This document shows, one piece after another, positions 27,686 to 38,171 of a stretch of DNA of 57,607 bases. Position numbers and translations under genes: made by a program. A model generated the notes under the pieces. That model made no database searches, was not told the origin of the DNA, and worked only from the letters and a program-made list of their open reading frames with translations. This stretch comes from Nitrospinota bacterium. Its GTDB lineage: Bacteria > Nitrospinota > Nitrospinia > UBA9942. The DNA lies in NCBI GenBank assembly GCA_016234205.1, contig JACRGN010000300.1:1-57607 (forward strand), read 5' to 3'. Each line of letters begins with the position of its first letter. Position 1 is the stretch's first letter.

Positions 27686-28804
27686 ATGTCTATAAAACTA
27701 CTTTTTGCTGATGACAGTGTTACAATTCAAAAGGTTGTAGAGCTTGCCTTTGAAAGTGAAGATGTGGAAGTAACGACTGTCAGCAGTGGTGATAAGGTTA
27801 TTGAGAAGCTAACCGAGTCCATGCCTGATATTATTATAGCCGATGTAGTTATGCCAGGAATGAACGGAATAGAACTTTGCGAGAGGCTTAAAAAAGATGA
27901 AAACTACAGCAATATACCTGTCCTACTGCTTAGAAATGAGTTTGATGAGTTTGATGCAGATGTGCTTCTAAAAACAGGGGCTGATGATTGTATTACAAAA
28001 CCGTTTAAATCTGAGGAACTCGTAAAAAAAATAAAAGAGCTTGCTGCCAAAAAAACTGTCCTGAACTATACCCTGAGCGAAACCGAAGGGGCATTTCAAG
28101 AAAGCATTGAGCAGGCGATTACAGCCGCTGAAATTGAATCTTCACAGCCTCAAACTACTCTTTCTCACGATAGTAATCTGCAGGAAAATAATTTAGGAGA
28201 AAAAGAATTGGGAGATATCCTCATTTTAAAGCCTGACGATGAGGTTACAGATGAGACTAATGAAAACATGGAATCTCTCTCCTCTGTAGAAATCATATCC
28301 CATGAATCAAAGATAGAAGATGAGGATTTGAATATATCAGGGCTGCTAAATGATGAAGAGATAGAAAATTTAAAGAATGAAATCAAGAAGGCAGAGGAAG
28401 AGCTGCTCATTTCAATACCGGAAGAAAAGGCAGATGAGGAACTGCCTGCCTTCCGAATGGAAGAAACTACTGCTTCAATGCCCACTAACAGTTCATCATC
28501 TGATTTAAATAATTTTATTAGTGAACTTGAAAAGGAATCCGTTATCAGCGAGAAGATAAAGGATATTGTTGTCAAAGTTACTGAGGATGTTTTTGAAAAG
28601 ACATTGAAGTTATCTGTAGAGAAATCTATGAAAGACTCCATAGAAACCATACTGAAAGATAAAACAGAAAAGTTAATCCTATCCTTAACACCGCATCTTA
28701 CAAAGACAATAGAAGGGGTAGTCACCGATGTTGTCCCTGAACTTGCAGAATCCCTCATAAAAAGGGAAATTGAAAAGATAAAAAATAGTGAGATAGGTTC
28801 ATAA
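27686..28804 (+). CDS. Response-regulator receiver with long acidic, low-complexity C-terminal region
   Basis: REC motifs ([26 protein letters not shown]); the rest is rich in E/D/S; stop lies 1 nt before valS ATG. Confidence 0.72.
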   Translation: MSIKLLFADDSVTIQKVVELAFESEDVEVTTVSSGDKVIEKLTESMPDIIIADVVMPGMNGIELCERLKKDENYSNIPVLLLRNEFDEFDADVLLKTGADDCITKPFKSEELVKKIKELAAKKTVLNYTLSETEGAFQESIEQAITAAEIESSQPQTTLSHDSNLQENNLGEKELGDILILKPDDEVTDETNENMESLSSVEIISHESKIEDEDLNISGLLNDEEIENLKNEIKKAEEELLISIPEEKADEELPAFRMEETTASMPTNSSSSDLNNFISELEKESVISEKIKDIVVKVTEDVFEKTLKLSVEKSMKDSIETILKDKTEKLILSLTPHLTKTIEGVVTDVVPELAESLIKREIEKIKNSEIGS

Positions 28805-28805
28805 T

Positions 28806-31514
28806 ATGGCTAATTTGGAAAAGGTTTTTGAACCAAAGAAGATAGAAGAAAGATGGTATAAATTCTGGCTGGAAAAGGGATATTTCCATGCAGATGAAAA
28901 CTCAGACAAGAAATCTTACTGTATTGTCATCCCCCCTCCAAATATAACAGGTGCACTCCATATAGGCCATGCATTAAACAACACCATTCAGGATATCCTC
29001 ACTCGATGGAAGAGGATGGAGGGCTTTAACACCCTCTGGATGCCCGGCACTGACCACGCAGGTATAGCAACACAGAATGTTGTGGAAAGGCAGCTACTGT
29101 CAGAAGGGACAGACAGACATAAGATTGGCAGGGAAAAATTTGTTGAGAGGGTCTGGAAATGGAAGGAAAAATCAGGTGGGGATATAATAAGACAGCTTAA
29201 GAGACTCGGTGCATCCTGTGACTGGGAGAGGGAGAGATTTACAATGGATGAAGGGCTCTCAAAGGCTGTGAGGGAGGTCTTTGTCCGACTCTATGAAGAG
29301 GGATTGATATACAAGGGTGACAGGCTTATAAACTGGTGTCCCCGATGCCATACAGCCCTATCTGACTTAGAGGTTGAGCATGAGGAACAAAAAGGACATC
29401 TGTATCATATAAAATATCCTGTAAAAAATACTTCAGATTTTATAACAATTGCAACAACACGTCCAGAGACAATGCTTGGGGATACAGCAGTAGCAGTAAA
29501 CCCTGACGATGAGAGATATAAAAATTTTACTGGAAAAACTGTTACCCTTCCTATAGTCAACAGAGAGATTCCTGTAATTGCAGATTCCTATGTGGATAAG
29601 AGCTTTGGGACAGGGGCATTAAAGATTACACCTGCCCATGACCCTAATGACTTTGAGATCGGAACAAGGCACAACCTGCTTCAGGTAAAGGTAATTGCCG
29701 AAGATGGGACAATGAATGAAAATGCAGGAAAATATAAGGGATTAGACAGGTTCAAGTGCCGAAAGGCATTGTTACGCGATTTAGAAAAGGAAGGATTTTT
29801 ACTAAAGGTTGAGGATTATATACATTCTGTCGGTAAATGCTACCGATGTAAAACAATTGTGGAGCCAAATCTATCAAAGCAGTGGTTTGTCAAGATAAAA
29901 CCACTCTCCGAGCCTGCCCTTGAGGCTGTGAAGGATGGAAGAATCAGGATAATACCTAAGGGATGGGAGAATACATACTTTGAATGGATGAATAATATAA
30001 AGGACTGGTGTATCTCAAGACAAATCTGGTGGGGACACAGGATACCGGCATGGAATTGTAAAGATTGCAGTGAGATAACAGTCTCAAAAACTGATATAAC
30101 GGAATGCAGTAAATGTAAAAGCAAAAATATTGAACAGGAGAGTGATGTCCTTGATACATGGTTTTCTTCTGCCCTCTGGCCATTCTCCACACTCGGCTGG
30201 CCGGAGAATACAAAAGAGCTTAAGGTCTTCTATCCCACTTCTGTTTTAGTGACAAGTTTTGATATCTTATTTTTCTGGGTTGCAAGGATGATTATGATGG
30301 GTCTCAAGTTCAGAGGCGATATCCCATTCAGGGATGTTTACATCCATGCCCTCGTGAGAGATGCAGAGGGACAGAAGATGAGCAAATCAAAGGGGAATGT
30401 CATAGACCCCCTCATAATGATGGAGAAATACGGAACTGATGCATTCAGATTCACACTCGCTGCCTTTGCGGCTCAAGGCAGGGATATAAAACTCTCTGAA
30501 GAAAGGATAGAGGGATATAGAAATTTTGCAAACAAAATCTGGAATGCCTTCAGGTTTGCAATGATGAACTTGGAGGATTTTAAGGATAACATCCTGAGCC
30601 AGCCGAAGGATACAGTCTCCACTTCCGATATAACCCGTTTAAATCTCCGGCTCTCTGACAGATGGATTTTGAGCAGGCTGCAAAAGGCTATACGAGATAC
30701 AAGGAAAGGGCTTGAGGAATATAAATTCAATGAGTCGGCAGGAATTATCTATCAGTTTTTCTGGCATGAGTTCTGTGACTGGTATATAGAAATTATAAAG
30801 CCAAGACTTGCCTCATCTGCAGAAGAAAGGAAAACTGCACAATCGGTATTATTATATGTAATGGAGAACAGCCTTAGGCTACTCCATCCGTTTATGCCGT
30901 TTATAACTGAAGAACTATGGCAGCAGCTGCCCCTGCTTGAATCCAGCAGGGGGGAAAGTATCATGGCTGCTGAATATCCTGTGTATAATGAGGCATTAGT
31001 AAATGATGATTTTGAGAGAGAGATGATACTTATCATGGAGATATCACGGGGGATAAGAAATATCAGGAGTGAAATGAATATATCCCTTGCAAAAAAACTT
31101 GATGTCCTATTAAGGACAGGAGATGAGAATAAACTACAGATGATTGAGAGGCAGAATTTATATATATCCGAGCTGTCCAGATTAAAAAACCTGAGTGTTA
31201 CAAAAAACGGAAAAGAGCCAAAGCCTGTCCCTGAAGGTCTTTATCAGGGAATGGCTGCTACTGCTGTAGTGGAGAATATTGAGATTTTTGTCCTTCTTGA
31301 AGGTGTCATTGATATCCATAAAGAGAGAGACAGGCTCAGCAGGGAACTTGAGAAGATCAACGCGGATGTTGCAACACTGAACAAGAGATTATCAAATCGG
31401 GACTTTATAAACAGGGCTCCTAAAGATGTTGTAGAAAAGGACAGGGAAAAATACCAGTCTCTGACTGTGATGGCAGAAAAGATTCAGCAGAATCTATCAA
31501 GGCTTGAGATATAA
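28806..31514 (+). CDS. valS: Valyl-tRNA synthetase
   Basis: [13 protein letters not shown] (HIGH), KMSKSKGN (KMSKS), C-terminal coiled coil. Confidence 0.99.
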   Translation: MANLEKVFEPKKIEERWYKFWLEKGYFHADENSDKKSYCIVIPPPNITGALHIGHALNNTIQDILTRWKRMEGFNTLWMPGTDHAGIATQNVVERQLLSEGTDRHKIGREKFVERVWKWKEKSGGDIIRQLKRLGASCDWERERFTMDEGLSKAVREVFVRLYEEGLIYKGDRLINWCPRCHTALSDLEVEHEEQKGHLYHIKYPVKNTSDFITIATTRPETMLGDTAVAVNPDDERYKNFTGKTVTLPIVNREIPVIADSYVDKSFGTGALKITPAHDPNDFEIGTRHNLLQVKVIAEDGTMNENAGKYKGLDRFKCRKALLRDLEKEGFLLKVEDYIHSVGKCYRCKTIVEPNLSKQWFVKIKPLSEPALEAVKDGRIRIIPKGWENTYFEWMNNIKDWCISRQIWWGHRIPAWNCKDCSEITVSKTDITECSKCKSKNIEQESDVLDTWFSSALWPFSTLGWPENTKELKVFYPTSVLVTSFDILFFWVARMIMMGLKFRGDIPFRDVYIHALVRDAEGQKMSKSKGNVIDPLIMMEKYGTDAFRFTLAAFAAQGRDIKLSEERIEGYRNFANKIWNAFRFAMMNLEDFKDNILSQPKDTVSTSDITRLNLRLSDRWILSRLQKAIRDTRKGLEEYKFNESAGIIYQFFWHEFCDWYIEIIKPRLASSAEERKTAQSVLLYVMENSLRLLHPFMPFITEELWQQLPLLESSRGESIMAAEYPVYNEALVNDDFEREMILIMEISRGIRNIRSEMNISLAKKLDVLLRTGDENKLQMIERQNLYISELSRLKNLSVTKNGKEPKPVPEGLYQGMAATAVVENIEIFVLLEGVIDIHKERDRLSRELEKINADVATLNKRLSNRDFINRAPKDVVEKDREKYQSLTVMAEKIQQNLSRLEI

Positions 31515-31526
31515 CTTAGAAATAAT

Positions 31527-32762
31527 ATGTTAAATGAAAGAGAAAAATTAAAAAAGATTATCCAATTGAGCAAAGACATCTCACAGGTTAAAGACATGGA
31601 CCTCCTCTTGGAGAGGATTCTGTTAGAGGCACGGCGGTTTGTCAATGCCGATGCAGGATCAATATATGTTATTGAAGGCGGTCAATTGAAATTCAGTAAT
31701 TCTCAAAATGATACCCAGCGAAGGAAATTGCCTCCAGGAAAGAAACTTCCTTATTTTACCTTTAAGGTTCCCATTGATAAAAAATCTATTTCAGGATATG
31801 TCGCAAGCACAGGAGAGATATTGAATATTCCGGATGTCTATAATCTCCCTCAAGGGGTCCCCTATTCATTTGGCAAGTCCTATGATGAATCATCAGGCTA
31901 CAGGTCCAAATCTATGCTGACAGTTCCATTAAAAAATTATCGCGGAACTATAATGGGCGTCTTGCAACTTATAAATGCCCAGAATGAAAAGAGTGAGATT
32001 ATCCCGTTTTCACCAGAGGATGAGCCCCTGATTCTGCTTTTTGCAAATGATGCCGCAATAGCTCTGGAGCGGGCACAGATGACCCGAAGCATAATCCTTA
32101 GAATGATAAGCATGGCGGAACTACGGGACCCCAAAGAGACAGGTCCCCATGTAAACAGGGTAGCATCCTATTCTGTTGAAATTTATGAGGCATGGGCTTC
32201 TAAAAAAGGCTTCTCTACGGAAACTATCACAAGCACAAAAGATGTCTTACGAAGTGCTGCAATGCTTCACGATGTGGGCAAGGTAGCTATATCCGACCTT
32301 ATTCTAAAAAAACCGGCAAGATTTACACCTGAGGAATATGCCATTATAAAACAGCATACATTCCTTGGTGCAAGGCTTTTTTCAAATCCCCAATCAGATT
32401 TTGATGATATGGCATCACAGGTAGCACTAAACCATCATGAAAGATGGGATGGAGAAGGCTACCCGGGATATATTGATATTGCAACAGGACAACCTCTAAA
32501 AGGTTATATAAATGATAAAGGAACCGCCAAAGGAAAAAAGGAAGAAGAGATACCCTTTTCAGGCAGAGTGGTTGCTATCGCTGATGTTTATGATGCCTTA
32601 TCATGCAGGAGATGCTATAAGGAGCCATGGAATGAGTCTAATGTATTAGAAGAACTACGAGGGCAGAGGGGAAAGCAATTTGACCCTGAAATGATGGATG
32701 CATTTTTCTCAATCTTAGATGTAATCCGTTCAATTGCCAGTCAATACCCTGATAAAGAATAA
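31527..32762 (+). CDS. GAF domain + HD-GYP phosphodiesterase-type protein
   Basis: HDVGKVAI and HHERWDGEGYPG motifs after a GAF-like N-terminus. Confidence 0.87.
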   Translation: MLNEREKLKKIIQLSKDISQVKDMDLLLERILLEARRFVNADAGSIYVIEGGQLKFSNSQNDTQRRKLPPGKKLPYFTFKVPIDKKSISGYVASTGEILNIPDVYNLPQGVPYSFGKSYDESSGYRSKSMLTVPLKNYRGTIMGVLQLINAQNEKSEIIPFSPEDEPLILLFANDAAIALERAQMTRSIILRMISMAELRDPKETGPHVNRVASYSVEIYEAWASKKGFSTETITSTKDVLRSAAMLHDVGKVAISDLILKKPARFTPEEYAIIKQHTFLGARLFSNPQSDFDDMASQVALNHHERWDGEGYPGYIDIATGQPLKGYINDKGTAKGKKEEEIPFSGRVVAIADVYDALSCRRCYKEPWNESNVLEELRGQRGKQFDPEMMDAFFSILDVIRSIASQYPDKE

Positions 32763-32764
32763 TA

Positions 32765-33766
32765 TCATCCGTCAACCTGATTGATTTTTTCAAATGGTTC
32801 ATCCTTATGAAAATCGGGGCGGTAGTAATCTCTGCTTGAATACTCCTGAATCCAGCCATTCTCAAGTCCGAACATATCAAGCCAGATTAGCACCTTTTCG
32901 TACTCTCCCTCATTTAAAGGTCTTGATAATAGCAGATTTTCATTAGCCCTATGTGTTGGAAAATATTGTGACATAACACTCAAAAATGTCTCCCTCCCGA
33001 CCTCCTCACTCAAAAATGAAAGGCTCTCCTTACTTCCAGCAATATCATTAGGCAGGACAAGGTGTCTGATAATCAAGCCTCTTATGGCAATATCATGAGC
33101 ATCAATAATTAGATTCCCAACCTGTCTTTTCATCTCTAAAATCGCTGCCCTTGAGTGTCTTACATAATCTTCTGCTCTGGAATAATCAAATGAATTCTCA
33201 TCCTCACTGAATTTAATATCAGGAAGATAGATATCAATTATGCCATCCAAAAGTTTTAGTGCATAAAGCGAATCATAGCTGTTGGTATTATATACAAGTG
33301 GAATCCTTAATCCCTTTTCAACTGCTATTTCAAGAGCCTTTACAATCTGGGCAGCAAAGTGTGATGGCGATACGAGGTTTATGTTATGGCATCCTTTAGT
33401 CTGAAGCTCAATCATTATGTCTGCAAGCCTCTCAAACCTTACCTCTTTGTCTATGAATGGTTTTTCAGGCTGAGATATCTGGTGGTTTTGGCAGAAGACA
33501 CATCGGAGATTGCAATTACCAAAAAATATTGTCCCTGAACCTTTATTACCGGAAAGGACAGGCTCCTCTCCACGGTGGACATAATAGCTTGATACAATAG
33601 GAAGATAGCCAGAGCGGCAGAACCCTATTTCTCCATCTTTTCTGTTAATCTTACAATTGCGGGGACATAAAGTGCAGTTACTGAGGATAGATTCAAGCTG
33701 GACTGCTCGCTCATGCAGTTCACCTGTTTTAAAAAGATTTAAATAATGAGGGATATTAAAACTCAC
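32765..33766 (-). CDS. Radical SAM protein, PflX-like (COG1313-type activase homologue)
   Basis: CTLCPRNC...GFC N-terminal Cys cluster and CNLRCVFCQN radical-SAM motif. Confidence 0.8.
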   Translation of the reverse strand: MSFNIPHYLNLFKTGELHERAVQLESILSNCTLCPRNCKINRKDGEIGFCRSGYLPIVSSYYVHRGEEPVLSGNKGSGTIFFGNCNLRCVFCQNHQISQPEKPFIDKEVRFERLADIMIELQTKGCHNINLVSPSHFAAQIVKALEIAVEKGLRIPLVYNTNSYDSLYALKLLDGIIDIYLPDIKFSEDENSFDYSRAEDYVRHSRAAILEMKRQVGNLIIDAHDIAIRGLIIRHLVLPNDIAGSKESLSFLSEEVGRETFLSVMSQYFPTHRANENLLLSRPLNEGEYEKVLIWLDMFGLENGWIQEYSSRDYYRPDFHKDEPFEKINQVDG

Positions 33767-33792
33767 TTACCAAATATTTTATATTAAATTTT

Positions 33793-34287
33793 TTATGAAC
33801 CTTTTTTGCTCTTGTAGAAGGTATCAAAAGTAACAATCCCCTGTTTTTTAAGAATCTTTTCCCCCTTAACAAGGATTGCAAGGTCATTCTTTTCCCTTAC
33901 CTGCGAGAATACAATTCCAGTTTCCCTGAATTTATCGTCATGCTCCCTGAGAGCAAGAAAATCTCCTTTGTTTTTCCAGCAGTAATATCGTACCGATGTT
34001 GTATAGTGGGCTGTATCATCCTTTATCTTTTTGATTTCAGAATTTGTCAGAATCTTGCCATTCTTATCACACCACCTACCCTCCAAATCACCCGGGGTCA
34101 AAGGCAATGCCTTCTTCATATCTACGAGACACAGCTTTTTGTCTTCAGGAGGAAGCTGGTTAAAGAGTGATTTTCGTTCGTCAGGGTTTAAGCTCTTCTG
34201 TCTCTCAAGCTTCTCCTGCCTCTCCTTCTCCATTGAAGAAAGGACATCCGTATGGTTCTGCTTTGTATAAAAAGAGGGTAAGGTCAT
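33793..34287 (-). CDS. Hypothetical protein, 164 aa, K/E-rich; no family recognised
   Basis: ORF only; begins 14 nt after tRNA-Leu on the same strand. Confidence 0.45.
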   Translation of the reverse strand: MTLPSFYTKQNHTDVLSSMEKERQEKLERQKSLNPDERKSLFNQLPPEDKKLCLVDMKKALPLTPGDLEGRWCDKNGKILTNSEIKKIKDDTAHYTTSVRYYCWKNKGDFLALREHDDKFRETGIVFSQVREKNDLAILVKGEKILKKQGIVTFDTFYKSKKGS

Positions 34288-34304
34288 AATCTATAAATCA
34301 ATTA

Positions 34305-34390
34305 TGCCGAGGGCCGGAATCGAACCGGCACGGCAGTTTCCCGCCGAGGGATTTTAAGTCCCTTGCGTCTACCTATTCCGCCACCCCGGC
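34305..34390 (-). tRNA. tRNA-Leu (anticodon UAA), long variable arm, no encoded CCA
   Basis: Minus strand GCCGGGGTGGCGGAATAGGTAGACGCAAGGGACTTAAAATCCCTCGGCGGGAAACTGCCGTGCCGGTTCGATTCCGGCCCTCGGCA folds as a cloverleaf; anticodon loop CTTAAAA; GTTCGATTC T-loop. Confidence 0.93.
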
Positions 34391-34563
34391 AAATAAAGAT
34401 TTTCTTAAAATACAATAAGTTATAATTTTATAAAGTGTGTCATATCGTGTCATATAGAGTCGAAACTGATTACATTTGCAATCAATTATCACAAAAAAGT
34501 AATCAAAAAGCAATCATTTTTCAGTTAAGCAATAAACCCAAATTATGCACGAACGATTTAGAT

Positions 34564-34692
34564 AAGACCTTATGTCCCTGTAGCAACTGTCAAATTTTTA
34601 CTTTTCTATGGATGGTAAAAAGTGAAAATTTCCACAGTTCAGACAGACATGGACGGCTGTCTGAACGACAAGCGGAAGGGACATAAGGTCTT
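34564..34692. ncRNA. Unassigned 129-nt structured element: 16-bp closing stem and two hairpins whose loops share ATGGA(T/C)GG
   Basis: aagaccttatgtccct / agggacataaggtctt perfect; hairpin 34592-34631 (14 bp, one G-U); hairpin 34638-34665 (9 bp perfect). Confidence 0.35.
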
Positions 34693-34785
34693 TCACTCAT
34701 TTTTTGGGATAAACTATAGATGGGATAATGATGTCATATACTATCTTGGAGTAAAATTTAATGATTCAGATGAAAGCAACCTTAC

Positions 34786-35790
34786 TCATCCCCCAATCAT
34801 TGACATAGATTGTTCAATAGGGATACATTTGTCATTTGAGAACTGATGCCCCTGAGGTTTATTCTGTATAATTTTTATAATAATCTCTTTGAGGGACTCA
34901 TCACTAATTCCTGACCGAATATAATCTCTTAAATCTATTCCATCTTTATAACCCAGACACAACCTTAATATTCCTTCTGCAGTCAGTCTTACCCTGTTGC
35001 AGGATTCACAGAAATGCTGTGTTATCGGCGAGATGAAGCCGATTTTGATTGCGGATTGCGAATTGCGGATTGTGGGTTTTATAGTGAAGTATGAAGCAGG
35101 ACCGCCTCCTGATGACTTTGCAGGCTCTAATTCAAAATGGCTTTCAACTAAAGATTTTACCTCCTTTATGGAGATAAACCTTTCTTTGCTTAAATTCACA
35201 ATACGACGCACGGGCATACACTCTATGAATCTTATATTTGCACTGTTTTCTATGGCGAAATGGACAATGTCAATAAGCTCATTATCATTCAATCCCCTCA
35301 TTACAACAGTATTGAGATTAACAGGCGTCAAACCAGCATTTACTGCCTCCTTGATACCCTCTAATACATCTTTTAGTTCTCCACCTCCACATACCGTTTT
35401 AAAAGTTTCAGGTTTTAGCGTGTCAAGACTGATATTTACCCTCTTTAATCCTGCATTCTTTAAATCAATAGCATATTTAGATAGGAGAGTGGCGTTTGTT
35501 GTCATAGCAAGGTCATTTATTCCGTTAATATGAGATAATTGATTAATCAGCGATACCATATCCTTTCTGACCAGAGGTTCTCCACCGGTTATCCTTACAC
35601 GGCTCACGCCCATATCAGCAAAACACCTTACGATTCTGGTAATCTCCTCAAATCTAAGTATTGCCCTCCGTCTTGAATGACTATCGCTATCCTTCGGTGT
35701 GCAGTAGAGACATTTCAGGTCACACCTGTCTGTAACAGATATACGGATGTATTCAATTCTTCTATTATATTTGTCAATAAGCAAATTCAT
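34786..35790 (-). CDS. moaA: GTP 3',8-cyclase (Moco biosynthesis protein A)
   Basis: CDLKCLYC radical-SAM cluster, ITGGEPL, C-terminal FCESCNRVRLTAEG cluster. Confidence 0.96.
   Translation of the reverse strand: MNLLIDKYNRRIEYIRISVTDRCDLKCLYCTPKDSDSHSRRRAILRFEEITRIVRCFADMGVSRVRITGGEPLVRKDMVSLINQLSHINGINDLAMTTNATLLSKYAIDLKNAGLKRVNISLDTLKPETFKTVCGGGELKDVLEGIKEAVNAGLTPVNLNTVVMRGLNDNELIDIVHFAIENSANIRFIECMPVRRIVNLSKERFISIKEVKSLVESHFELEPAKSSGGGPASYFTIKPTIRNSQSAIKIGFISPITQHFCESCNRVRLTAEGILRLCLGYKDGIDLRDYIRSGISDESLKEIIIKIIQNKPQGHQFSNDKCIPIEQSMSMIGG
35046..35075. repeat. 'gattgcg' word repeat in-frame inside moaA
   Basis: gattgcggattgcgaattgcggattgtgg, translated (minus) PTIRNSQSAIK between the conserved PASYF and GFISP segments. 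Confidence 0.6.
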
Positions 35791-35805
35791 AATTTATACA
35801 ATGTT

Positions 35806-38091
35806 TTAAACTGGTAATATAACCTCAAAAGTAGTTCCCTTTCCCTCTTCACTTAAAACATTTATCTCACCGCCATGGTCATGAACAATTTTATGTGCGA
35901 TAGACAGTCCAAGCCCTGTCCCTGTTGGCTTTGTTGTAAAGAATGGGTCAAACATCCTTTCTATAATTTCAGCCGGTATCCCCTTACCTGTATCAGCTAC
36001 CTTTATTTTTATATCTGCCCCATCCGATTCTGTTAATATATTTATCTTCCCTCCATTTGGTGTTGCGTCCATCGCGTTGAGGATGAGATTTATAAGCACC
36101 TGATGAATCTGCTGGGGATCGGCTTTAATCATAGGTATAGCTCCATTATCTCTGTAATCAATGCTGATTCCCTGATTGGATGCCTTTTTATTTATCCAGA
36201 AAAGCACCTCTTTAAGTATTTTAACAGGGTCAATTGTTGTAACATGCTTTTCTGTGGGCCTTGCAAAGTCAGAAAAGGTTCTTAAAAATGAATTCAGTCT
36301 ATTTACCTCAGTAATAATCCTCTCCGAGAATCTTTTTTGATTTCCACTTAAGTTCAGCTCACTTTCCATTGCTTGAACTACTACCTTTATAGCAGCCAGG
36401 GGATTTCCTATCTCATGTGATAGACCTGCAGATAAAACGGCAAGGGAGGAAAGCTTTTCAGCCTGAAACATCTGTTTTTCTAATTTTTTCTGACTCTCCT
36501 CCAGCTTATGTCTGTCTGTAATATCTCTGAATATCATCATTGAGCCATGATTTCTTTCATCCAGCTTTACAGATACAACATTTATATCAAGTATCTTTGA
36601 ATTGTAAACAGAGACGGTGGATATAGGTAAGTTACTGCTCTTTTCCTTGTTGATAATCTCTTCTACATTTTCAGGTCTTCTATGACACTGGAGAAAATTT
36701 TTCCCTACTATATTATTACGATGTATCCCCAAAATTTTTTCTGCTGAGGGATTTATCATAACTACTTTATTATTCTCATCTGCTACAATAATTCCCTCAG
36801 CAGCGCAGGTAAGTATTCCCTCCAATCTATTTTTTTCAAATTTTAATTCCTTTGTTCTCTTCTCCACCTCTCTTTTTAACTCTTCATTCCAGTTAATTAC
36901 TTTTTTCCTCTGTTCTTCTAATTTCTCTGCCATGAGATTGAATCTATCTGCAAGCTGCTCTAATTCATCCCTGCTGTTTATAGTGAGTCTATGGCTGAAA
37001 TCACCCTCTGCAATAGAATCAACATCTTTTAAAAATTCCGATAATGGCAATGTAAAATGTCTTGCCATGAAAATCCCTATGATTATTGATGCAAGTATTG
37101 TAGCAGCACCGATTATTAGAAAGACCATCTTAAATCTCATTATTGGCTCAAAGATGGTTTTCCTTGGATATACAAGTGAGAAAGCCCAGAAACTTTTAGA
37201 TAGTCTATCACCAGTTAAGATAGGGGAGTAGGAGACAATTTTATCCTCAATAATCTCTATCCCATTTTTTTTACTAAGGATATTTGATACGATTTCTGGG
37301 GGGTAATCTTTATTCAGATTTCTAATACCGTTTGCAAGTGATGTGGAATTAGAAACAGCCTTATCAGAATATCCATAATATTCTGAATGAGCAAGATATT
37401 CCCCTTTATGATTCACAAGAAATGTAATGCCGCTCTTTGCAATATTTATCTTCTGCATCTGTTCGATGATATAACTGCCGTAGAGATTGATTATTATTAT
37501 TCCCCTATTTTTGTATTCCGTATCAAATACTGGGGTAGCAAACCTGACCACTGATTTTAGTGGTGTTTCAACTTTGCCCCACTCTATATTGTAATCCATA
37601 GGTGATACATAACACTCACCTTCAGGATATTTTACTGAATCTTTAAAATAGTATCTATCGCTCTTATTCTGAAGCTTTTCTCGCGGTATGATCTCAGTCC
37701 TATCTCCATATGAATCTACCCGTATTATCTCCATACCACTCTCATTAATATACCGTATTTGGTAATAGTAAGGATACGCCTTTGAGAAGTTTAGAAATTC
37801 ATTTTCCAGTCTCTTTCTGATAACCGGGTTTTCTGTCTCTATCAATTCCAACAGTGTAGGAGAACGGCTCAGATATAAGACATGATTGTGGATTTTTTTT
37901 AAAAATTTCTCAATATCTTCTGCCTTTGATGACACTTCATATTCAATGTTGTGGAGGGTGTTATCTACCAATGCCCTGATAGAATAGTAAATACCATATA
38001 ATCCTGCCACTGAGAGAGGCACAACTGCCAACAAAAGAAAGGCGGTAAGCAACCTTATTCTGATACTATAAAACCTTTTTCTGGTTTTCAT
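35806..38091 (-). CDS. Sensor histidine kinase (TM, Cache-like periplasmic domain, TM, HAMP, PAS, HisKA, HATPase_c)
   Basis: H-box LSHEIGNPL, NLILNAMDAT, DTGKGI, GTGLGLSI; two TM helices flank a ~280-aa extracytoplasmic region. Confidence 0.88.
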   Translation of the reverse strand: MKTRKRFYSIRIRLLTAFLLLAVVPLSVAGLYGIYYSIRALVDNTLHNIEYEVSSKAEDIEKFLKKIHNHVLYLSRSPTLLELIETENPVIRKRLENEFLNFSKAYPYYYQIRYINESGMEIIRVDSYGDRTEIIPREKLQNKSDRYYFKDSVKYPEGECYVSPMDYNIEWGKVETPLKSVVRFATPVFDTEYKNRGIIIINLYGSYIIEQMQKINIAKSGITFLVNHKGEYLAHSEYYGYSDKAVSNSTSLANGIRNLNKDYPPEIVSNILSKKNGIEIIEDKIVSYSPILTGDRLSKSFWAFSLVYPRKTIFEPIMRFKMVFLIIGAATILASIIIGIFMARHFTLPLSEFLKDVDSIAEGDFSHRLTINSRDELEQLADRFNLMAEKLEEQRKKVINWNEELKREVEKRTKELKFEKNRLEGILTCAAEGIIVADENNKVVMINPSAEKILGIHRNNIVGKNFLQCHRRPENVEEIINKEKSSNLPISTVSVYNSKILDINVVSVKLDERNHGSMMIFRDITDRHKLEESQKKLEKQMFQAEKLSSLAVLSAGLSHEIGNPLAAIKVVVQAMESELNLSGNQKRFSERIITEVNRLNSFLRTFSDFARPTEKHVTTIDPVKILKEVLFWINKKASNQGISIDYRDNGAIPMIKADPQQIHQVLINLILNAMDATPNGGKINILTESDGADIKIKVADTGKGIPAEIIERMFDPFFTTKPTGTGLGLSIAHKIVHDHGGEINVLSEEGKGTTFEVILPV

Positions 38092-38108
38092 TTTATAAGG
38101 AAATTATA
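38092..38108 (-). promoter_or_regulatory. TATAAT box 11 nt before kinase ATG, no SD
   Basis: Minus strand reads ggggattttataatttccttataaaATG directly after hairpin 38113-38161. Confidence 0.35.
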
Positions 38109-38112
38109 AAAT

Positions 38113-38161
38113 CCCCCTCACCTTAATCCTCTCCCCTCAGGGGAGAGGGGAGGGTGAGGGG
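38113..38161. repeat. G/C-rich palindrome (cccctcacc...ggtgagggg)
   Basis: cccctcaccttaatcctctcccctcaggggagaggggagggtgagggg; related copy at 51667-51713. Confidence 0.85.
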
Positions 38162-38171
38162 TTTGTTCTTT

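Noticed and set aside
28165-28758. 197-aa antisense ORF inside the acidic response-regulator tail; similarly 50343-50882 antisense to the MCP
   Set aside because: These are typical shadow ORFs opposite GA-rich/Ala-rich coding sequence, with no independent support.
32765-34390. tRNA-Leu-adjacent genomic island (radical SAM + hypothetical gene)
   Set aside because: There is no integrase, no direct repeat of the tRNA 3' end and no compositional break visible by eye. The radical SAM protein is a common PflX-type housekeeping paralogue.
35791-35805. Moco riboswitch upstream of moaA
   Set aside because: Only 15 nt separate moaA from the upstream kinase gene, too short for the roughly 130-nt Moco motif. 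The structured element at 34564-34692 is downstream of moaA and lacks features I can match to that motif.
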